Below are positions 53,399-64,000 of a DNA stretch of 64,000 bases, piece by piece. The notes below the pieces were generated by a model. It did not search any database. It saw only the letters and a list, made by a program, of their open reading frames with translations, and was not told the DNA's origin. Both the position numbers and the translations under genes were made by a program. The stretch is taken from positions 1-64,000 of the forward strand of contig CAXHJY010000872.1 in the NCBI GenBank assembly GCA_964016885.1, given 5' to 3'. The stretch is from Eledone cirrhosa. Lineage: Eukaryota. How positions within the stretch are numbered: position 1 is the first letter of the stretch; each line of letters starts with the position of its first letter.

Positions 53399-53997
53399 TG
53401 GTGGCTGCCAACTCGTTTTCGAGTACGGCCACTACTTTATCTCCATGTAGGAGAACCCCTACCGATGCGCTGAACGAGTGCAACTTTTTAGTCCAGCCAG
53501 TGACTTGAAAACTCTGGTACAAACACGAGACTTGTGACAATTATTGACACATAGTGCTGAGCCCATGGTACCATGTGACGATAAGTGCAGAGATCTCTCC
53601 AGATATAAAGCAATGCCTGTGCCGTGAAACTTTTATAGTGAGCAAAGGCACTGCACAAAGCCAGTCCCACTCTCTTAACCAAGATGATATTTACCAAAAA
53701 GAAGAACGAGTGAACATCATTGGATACCATCAGAGTTGCAGGTGTTATATCAGAGTTTTCCTTCTCCTAGAATTCTGCCTTGACAAAGGCTAAGGCGGTC
53801 ATCTCTCCCGGTGATTTTGGATGGCCATTGACTCTTAAGAGCTCCTTTGCCCTTTGACAGGTTTTGTTTTTAGTCCTGCAGGATGTCCAAAGTCACCCTC
53901 CTCATCAAGAAACCTTTAGTCGCCAACGACCCGACGATGAGACAGGTTGTACTGGGATACATGTTACCAGTAGCACCAACTGGTGACCTGACATGTG

Positions 53998-54035
<38 letters not shown>

Positions 54036-54039
54036 TATA

Positions 54040-54415
54040 TAGTCTCTACCTATCGTCTCCGCCCTTCCCTACATTCACTCCTATTCTGCCCTCACACGTC
54101 TTCTCCACCTTATTCCTCCAATCCTCCTTGCACCCAGCAGCCTCCTCTTCCTCGATACACGCTAAGACAGTCAAGTTTATGGATTTGTTTTTCTCCAAAA
54201 TGACTCACTGAATCCACTCGTGTTTTCTTCTGAAAACGTGTTTCCGTTCCTTTCTCTTCTGACACTCTATCATTCTATTTTATCTTTCATATCTCATTCT
54301 ATCTTTTGAGTAAGGATTAACGACCGAAACCTTAAGACTCTTTTCATATTATATCAAGTGTTAAATTAATATATTTCTCAGTGTATTCTATCGGTTGTAT
54401 TGTTTTTTCTGTTTT
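54040..54415 (+). mobile_element. Decayed family H element with dead HHR (54302-54337)
   Basis: TCTT-TTGAGTA-AGGATTAACGACC-GAAACCTTAAGAC aligns to 21801-21837; downstream also similar. Confidence 0.55.
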
Positions 54416-55494
54416 AGTATACTCAGTATGAAAATATGTGAAGAGGCTGGAAAGTTGACTTGCATGCACAATGTATAAGAAATGCTTCCACAGTGGTTTC
54501 GTTACCAAACTTTCTCTCCACAAGGCTCGAGAGAATTGTTGAAGTCACATGCATAGGTATTTAAATGTGAGACCTCACGGTCACGTCTACATTTACACAC
54601 AGAGGCAAATATGACTGCATTTCACTTAGTAACCACGTATGAATCTGTACATGCAATAATGTAGATATAAATGTGTACATGTATGCCGGTATCGTTGTTT
54701 AAAGCAGTTTCACAAAATAAGATCGATGAAATATGTACCAGACCTGAGAAAGAATTAATGTTATCGGTATGATCTATTACATACATTTAAGGCGCGCCCC
54801 AGCTCGGCCGCAATCTATTGACTTAAATCAGAAAGAGAATAAAAGAATAATGGAGAAACGTTCTATGTTTTACATTAAATGTCTTTTCTGTCTGTGGCAG
54901 CAATTCCATTTCTTCATTAAGTTAATTACTCTAAGTCTTTTGTGTTTTAATTATCAAATTAGGCGATCATTGTTGTTTAATTATCCCACATGTCAAACTG
55001 TCTTACTCTGTTGACTGAAACACTAGAGACAGCATGAACACTCATCTACTACCAACGAGACAACAACCTCATACAATTTATTCCTTAGAAATTAAACAAT
55101 ATATGTATTCATATATTTATGTATTTAAAACGATGTTGTCTCTGAGCGAAAACGTTTTGCGTGTTGGAGAGCTGGTGAGGGTGAAGATGCGTGTGTAAAC
55201 TTGGCTTGTACATCCCCTTCGTTTATTTCCTTCTTCCAGTCAATTCTATGTCAGTACACTTCTCCTTGTCCTTATTCTCTTTCAATCTTTTCTATATTTC
55301 ATCTGCCGATCACCCACCCTATGGATTGTCTCGGTTGATAACTGCCCACCAGCTGATGCCTGTCATCTGAGGCAGTTTTGCCTATCACTGTCTTTCACAG
55401 CATTTAGCTGTATTAACGGCTTTTTCTAACGATGCGTTTTCACACTTTGACATGTATTCCTTTTATGTTTTTATTCATTCATTAATTGGTTCGA

Positions 55495-55668
55495 CTTTTG
55501 GCACAAGGCCAGCAATTACCCAATACATTACTGGTACTTTATTTTATCGACCCCATAAGGATGAAAGGCAAAGTTAACCTCGAAGGGATTTGAACTCAGA
55601 CCGTAAAGGGATGTAACTATGCTAAAAAGCATGGCGTCCAACCCTCTACCGGTACTGTCAATTCACCT
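55495..55668 (-). mobile_element. SINE family 1
   Basis: Consensus match. Confidence 0.85.
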
Positions 55669-55814
55669 ATTTATTCATTCATTAATGTTATGTTATATTA
55701 TGTATAGTTTTGTGAACAGTAGAGTGTTTAAACCACATGAATCGATTTACAAAAAGCGGGAAGATGTATTTCACACGAAATTTTACAAGTTCTTCAGAAT
55801 TCACGGCATATGCA

Positions 55815-55845
<31 letters not shown>

Positions 55846-55958
55846 AGACACAGACACACATATATATATATATATATAAGAATAAAAAATTAGGCGAAGA
55901 CAAGAAAATAAGCCAATACAAAGTTCCATCTCATCAGTCAACCGCTAGAGATACGTTG

Positions 55959-55992
<34 letters not shown>

Positions 55993-56036
55993 AGAAGAAG
56001 TTTATGAAACGGAAATGTGGGTATAAAGAATTTATT

Positions 56037-56153
56037 AGGTAACAATTGTTTCTATAGTGTATGGGTTACCTATACCTCGCTATTTGAATAATATAAAAAT
56101 ATTATCATAAACCGAAGGTACACTGTAAGCATACACACCATGTCGTCAGACCT
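56037..56153 (-). ncRNA. Hammerhead ribozyme with ~90-nt helix II, element ~55988-56312 with inverted 3' piece
   Basis: AGGT-CTGACGA-[..GTGTATG..TGTACCT...AGGTATA..CATACAC..]-GAA-ACAATTGT-T-ACCT; TATGGAGAAGAAGTTTATG inverted at 56184. Confidence 0.65.
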
Positions 56154-56314
56154 TTGTATTGGAATGATATGAAAATATTTTATACATAAACTTCTTCTCC
56201 ATATTTTCTCCGGATTTTAAAACACACTTTATTATACGTTGAGCAATCTCCGACGTCGGTTGACTCCATCCAATGCAACTACTTAGTAACATTGGAATAC
56301 AAATTTACTAATTC

Positions 56315-56346
<32 letters not shown>

Positions 56347-56451
56347 GAAAAATACATACATATATCTATCTATAACAACGTATATATATATATATATATG
56401 CACAGAAAATACATACATATATCTATCTCTCTCTATATATATATACACACA

Positions 56452-56495
<44 letters not shown>

Positions 56496-56739
56496 GTATA
56501 TAAACAAACATGTATATTTACATAATGTACGAGATTGACACATGATTACACCAATAGTACGGTATGATGTATTAGATATAGAAAAGAAATAAAATCATCA
56601 AGGAGAGGAAATGCAATGTTTCCATTGAACTTCTAATGAAAGTATTACGTCAGTGGAGTTGTTATATTTCTTTGGTTATTGTCTCCCCTCTCACAACCGA
56701 CCTCATCCAGGTGAGGTTGCTTCTGTCATAGGGATGGGG

Positions 56740-57360
56740 GTTGAGAGAGGGAGTGTGTGGAAAGAGGAAGGGAAGAGAGAGGAGGGAGATGGTTGCAGAG
56801 TGGGAAGTGGGAAGAGAGAACGGTTGTGAGAGGTAGATGTTGGAATAGTGAGAGATAGAGATGGAAATAGAGAGTGGGAAGAGAGAGGAGAGAGAGGGTT
56901 GGAGAGTCGGAAGAGAGAGTGTTGGAGAGTGGGAAGAGAGAGGGTTGGAGAGTGGGAAGAGAGAAGAGAGAGCGGTTGTGAGCGGTAGATGTTGGAATAG
57001 TGAGAGATAGAGATGGAAATAGAGAGTGGGAAGAGAGAGAGGAGAGAGGGGGTTTGAGAGAGGTAGATGTTGGAAAAGAGAGAGAGAGAGAAATATAGAG
57101 TGGGGGAAGAGAGAAGAGAAAGAGGAGATAGAGACATGGTGAGTGGGAAACGAGAGGAGAGATAGAGATGGAGAGTGTGAAATGAGAGGAGAGATAGAGA
57201 TGGAGAGTGGGAAACGAGAGGAGAGATAGAGATGGAGAGTGGGAAACGAGAGAAGAGATAGAGATGGAGAGTGGAATGAGAAAAAGGAGAAAGAGAGCTG
57301 GAGAGTTAGGAGAAGAGGGAAGGAGAATGGTGAGAGAGAAATAGGAGATCTGATAGAGAG
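56740..57360. repeat. GA-rich degenerate minisatellite (GAGAGTGGGAAGAGAG-like)
   Basis: Directly visible recurrent units. Confidence 0.8.
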
Positions 57361-57496
57361 ACCCACAGTGACAGCCTTCAGCAGTGTATTACCAATCTGA
57401 TGCTGGCAAAAATATTCTTACAATACACAATACATTCATTTATTTATGCAATCTCATAATAAAAAATCGATATCAGCATACATGTCCGGTTACGCC

Positions 57497-58095
<599 letters not shown>

Positions 58096-58235
58096 TAAAT
58101 ACTCACAGGTATGTATATAAATGTGTTTACATATATGCAGGTATATATGTATGTGTGCTTATTTGTTTAGTTCGATTGTTACTTTTGATATATGTGTTCA
58201 TAATTATCTCTTATAATCTATGCATGTGATCACAT

Positions 58236-58279
<44 letters not shown>

Positions 58280-58523
58280 CAAATGAACATAACAGAAAAC
58301 CAACACTTTTATTTTTTATAAAAACGCATAGCATCATACAGATTCTTAATTTTGCGCTGTCATCTTTTTGAAAATAGGAATACACGAGGAAAAAATAAGA
58401 TAAAAAATATATATATGTAAACATATATATAAATACATATACACACTTAAATAACTATATGTATATATAAACATATATATAAATAACTATAAATAAATAT
58501 ACTTAAATAACACACGCACACAG

Positions 58524-58573
<50 letters not shown>

Positions 58574-58746
58574 AATCTAGTCATCAGATTTGATGCATTT
58601 ATTTAAAACATTTTTTTATCACATGATTATTATTTTTATTATTTTTTTCGTCTATTGCGAACTTCAAACGCAAAGATATATATTTTAAAGTTATGTGTCA
58701 TTACAAATAGGAAGCGAAAATGTAATAGATAATGATTATCAAAAAA

Positions 58747-58815
58747 TCCAGAAAAAAATTTATTAAAACATTGAAACATCAATATGTTTCAATGTTTTAA
58801 TAAATTTTTTTAGGA
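58747..58815. repeat. AT-rich ~28-bp inverted repeat
   Basis: AAAAAAATTTATTAAAACATTGAAACAT caat ATGTTTCAATGTTTTAATAAATTTTTTT. Confidence 0.75.
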
Positions 58816-59169
58816 TGTTTAATATACGTTTTCAGGATGTTTAATATACGTTTATCTCAATTTCATTTCACACAATATTTAAATCCGCCATTTTGATGTA
58901 TGTTTACATGGTTCCTTATGAATTACACAGAATGATTCTATGATGTGATATGCTAAAATTATGTTGATATGTTCCTCTTCCTTCTCCTCTTCATCCTCCT
59001 TCGTCTCCTCCACCGTCTTCTCCCTCCTATTTTCCTTCTCTTCTCATCCACCTCCTTCTTGGTCTTCCTCTTCTTCAGTTACGCTCTGGGCAGTATTGAG
59101 CATCGTTCGATCCTTGGACAGTTGCAGTAGGAAACCATTGCTTTCTTTATTTGTGAGTTGAGATTACTA

Positions 59170-59450
59170 GTCAGTTGCTAAACAATTTACTCGTTTCTGG
59201 AGAAGCAAAGGGACACTATATGGGGGTCTATTCTGTTACTAACTGAATAACAACGGGTAGAGCCCACCTCAGTTTCGAAGATGAATATTCAGTTGTTAGA
59301 TCAGCTGAACATAATACGGTAAATTGACGTCTAAATGCTGTGGAATTGGTCGGTAGAAATTCTGCTGTGTAGAAGTACCAGAAGGCTGCCAAAGGCATGT
59401 TGGCACTATGATAGGACCCGAAGCGTCGATTCCACATGACCAAATATGGC
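59170..59450 (+). pseudogene. Highly decayed RTE LINE C-terminal remnant
   Basis: Translated pieces TLYGGL, GRAHLSFED and ELVGRNSAV resemble RTE LLYGEL..GRP.LR.KD..E.LA.DR..W. Confidence 0.45.
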
Positions 59451-60597
59451 CAGAGATAGGAAGCGCTAGAGGTCAACCAAGAGTTCCTCCATCAGGAGTG
59501 AGATGGTCCTGGATTTTGAAATCTGGATTAACATACATACATTCTCAAGTAGTATCACCTTGTCACTAGTATTACAAACGCAGTCCGTCTAATAGGTTTT
59601 CAAATACGTTCCCTCTACCAATTTCAATGACAAGGCTTGTGTAGACCCGTTCCTATTTTTAAAAAAATACCCCAAACAATTTCATAAGATGCTACGTAGT
59701 TTGATCGAATCCGGCACTCCTGTACCGTGAAGAAACTTCTAGACTGCAAAGCGAAGCCATTTTTGTGACTACTAACATTAACATACATTTTGAAAAACGA
59801 CAAAGTAACTGGGGATGAATGAAATACTGTTACTATGTATGAATAGCAATGAAAGCCAACAGTATTAACGTTAATGTTTCCATGGATTAAATGGTCATGG
59901 AATAATATCCCAAGGTACTTTGTCTTACCAATTTATAAAAGTTCAAATTAATAATCATTTCTTAACAAGTACTTCCAGCTAAGCTTGTAATAACGTTAGA
60001 TTTAACCTGCAATTAACAGGCCAATAAATTGATCTTGAGGGATATTAGATTCTGAAATATCGTTAAGTGCACAATACTTTTATTAATTTGATATATTAAG
60101 AACGTTTATATATTTATATCATTTCGAAAAGCAGAGAGAAGTATCTAGAATTAAGTACGGCTTAATTTACTGTATATTGAGTACAGTGGATAAGTTACGC
60201 GTTTCTTCCTTCAGTACATTCGAACTAAATGACACAGAATGTAAATTCGATTTTCAGATAAAATGTATTGTATTGAGTTAAATTAATCTTACAGAGATAA
60301 CCAGAAGTCAACACTGAATGACAATAGAAACTTAATGTCTTTCAATAGAATTTTAACAAAGTCTTTGTTAAAAACTTCCAGAAGATATTACATAATAGTA
60401 TTTCCTTAACACTATTTATTGTAGCTTGGTGAATCTCTGTCTATAAAATACTTATTTTGAAACAGAATTAACTAACACAAAGTTACGTTAATAGAAGACA
60501 TACTCAGCAACATCGTAGTTGTTTAGCTACAGGTCAGCCATGATCAAACGGCCATATGATGAAAAGGACTGCGGCCATTATTAGTCAGTCTTTCTTT

Positions 60598-60750
60598 TAC
60601 GGTGAATCGGCAAAATCATTTGAACGTCGGATAGAATATGTTGCGACATTCGTTTCGGCTCTCTGAGTTCATATTCCGCCGATGTCAAATTTGCATTTCA
60701 CCCATTCAAGGTAAAATATAAAGTCCCAATCTAGTACTGGGGTCGAATCT
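60598..60750 (+). mobile_element. SINE family 1 (old)
   Basis: GGTGAATCGGCAAAATC...CTGAGTTCATATTCCGCCGA...GTACTGGGGTCGA. Confidence 0.65.
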
Positions 60751-60751
60751 T

Positions 60752-60788
<37 letters not shown>

Positions 60789-61705
60789 TCCTCACTTCCA
60801 TTCCCCGCTTTCTATCCTTCTCTAGAAGAAAACTGTTGTAAGCAGATCTCAAGAGGAGATAGGTTCCGCAAAGTTTATAAATGTCATAGGAACACCTTAG
60901 ATTCCGCCAAGTTTACAAATGTCATAGAAACGCCTTAGTTTCGCCTACGGATAGTATATCTGTGCAAAGAAGTGTTGAAATTTATTGTTTCACAGTACTT
61001 GCGCAACACGCGCGTAGACGATGCCAGCCGAACAACAGAGCTGCGATGGAGTTGTTCTGCATGGTTGTCTAATGTGTGTTTTCTAAATTTAAGACAGTAG
61101 GGAGGGGTGTGATATGGGGGACAGTTAGCTGCTGTTTCTAGCAGGTTTAGTGACCTCATAGAGGATATTATTGTGTATAGTAAATGAACTGATACTTCCT
61201 TCTTCCACGTTCGTTGATAGATGTTTTAAAAAAGATTTATCGCTATTTTTGTTGTTGTTGAATAAATGTATCTGTTGCTTTTGAATAATTGTTGTTTCGT
61301 ATGAAATGTAATAAGTTCTCTTTGTCATTGAAGTAAATAAATGTTTGACCGTTCCACACTCAAAAACAAACGTTCTCTCTCTCTCTCTCATAGTTTAAGG
61401 GGAGTAGAGAGAGGATATCTGATTGTATTAGATGGGTAAAGCATCAGGTATTTAGTTGTATCGATTATTTCCGTAATTGTGGGTGAGTCTGAATGGAATA
61501 AAGAGTCGTTGACCTTTGTTAGACCATTTACAACATTCTTACAGGCACTGAGTCGAATCGGTTTGAAATTGTGCAAATGTATAAACATGGAACATGCACA
61601 CACATACACACACACACACAACAATCTGCCTGTGATAGATAATGATACTTATATATATATATATATATACTTATATATATATATATATACTTATATATAT
61701 ATATA

Positions 61706-61752
<47 letters not shown>

Positions 61753-61759
61753 TTATATA

Positions 61760-62035
61760 TAATATTAGTCTACGCCTTCTTTTATACCATAAATGTGGTT
61801 TTGTCTTTGCGTGTAATTGTTTGTCATCGCTCCAAATAATGACGTTTTATATTCGTTTTTCCCAGTTCTTTGCCAGGAGACGTTTCCACGAACCAAAGTA
61901 TCGTCTTCCTATTTTCCTCCGGCTGCCACATTTTTTGAAATATTTACTTCTGCGTTCACAGATTGACTTTGTTATGTTCAGAAAATCCCGGTAAGGGTGA
62001 AAGCAGCGATTCTTTGCTAAACTTTAATCTGTTAA

Positions 62036-62040
<5 letters not shown>
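61760..62040 (+). mobile_element. Element family D
   Basis: Homologous to 20063-20345; (TA)n flanks. Confidence 0.65.
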
Positions 62041-62079
<39 letters not shown>

Positions 62080-62081
<2 letters not shown>

Positions 62082-62444
62082 CCAACCACTAACATGAAAT
62101 AAACAAATAAATAAATATAAACACACACAGACACCCGGATGTAACACATGCGCAAACTAAGCACGCAACACACACAAAAACAAGATGGCGTAGGACAGAA
62201 CAAAGAAGAGGCACAAAAACAAAGAAATGAATCCCAAGTCATTGAAGAGGTCACAGAATGTGTGAGTAAAAGAACTTTGACAATATATGAACAACCGTCC
62301 GGTTATGGAACCAACGAACCAACTGGATATTTATAAATTCTTGCATTTATAAATTTAATTTATAATAAATTGGATAGAAAGCAACTGGTGCGTGTGTTTC
62401 ATATTGTCAACATGACCCCCCCCCCCCCGAAGACTAACAATATT

Positions 62445-62445
<1 letters not shown>
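62080..62445 (+). mobile_element. Family A element with degenerate HHR (62237-62281)
   Basis: Homologous to 2495-2855; core mutated to TTGAAGA / GTAAAA. Confidence 0.7.

Positions 62446-64000
<1,555 letters not shown>

Overview
AT-rich eukaryotic DNA, intergenic or intronic. The tRNA-derived SINE family and the extreme (TA)n/(CA)n/(GA)n load suggest an octopus-like cephalopod genome (inference). I cannot support any host protein-coding exon, and nearly all ORFs in the track are microsatellite artefacts. Recognisable mobile elements: two decayed L1/Tx1-clade LINEs, an R4/Dong-like RLE LINE in (TAA)n, RTE 3' ends, about 25 SINE copies, mariner-type MITEs, and the 3' end of a Penelope-like element (PLE, GIY-YIG C-terminus). 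The main unexplained signal, read by eye, is a dense set of type I hammerhead ribozyme (HHR) motifs: about 27 full or nearly full motifs plus 8 half-motifs, from about 10 apparently unrelated sequence families. Almost all sit in short non-coding elements embedded in (TA)n and often arranged as head-to-head fold-backs. They include a ~467-bp retrozyme-like tandem array, a family whose fold-back apex lies in HHR helix II, HHRs with ~100-nt helix II, and a candidate natural helix-II-less minizyme. Structures were folded manually, so coordinates are approximate to a few bases and catalytic activity is untested.
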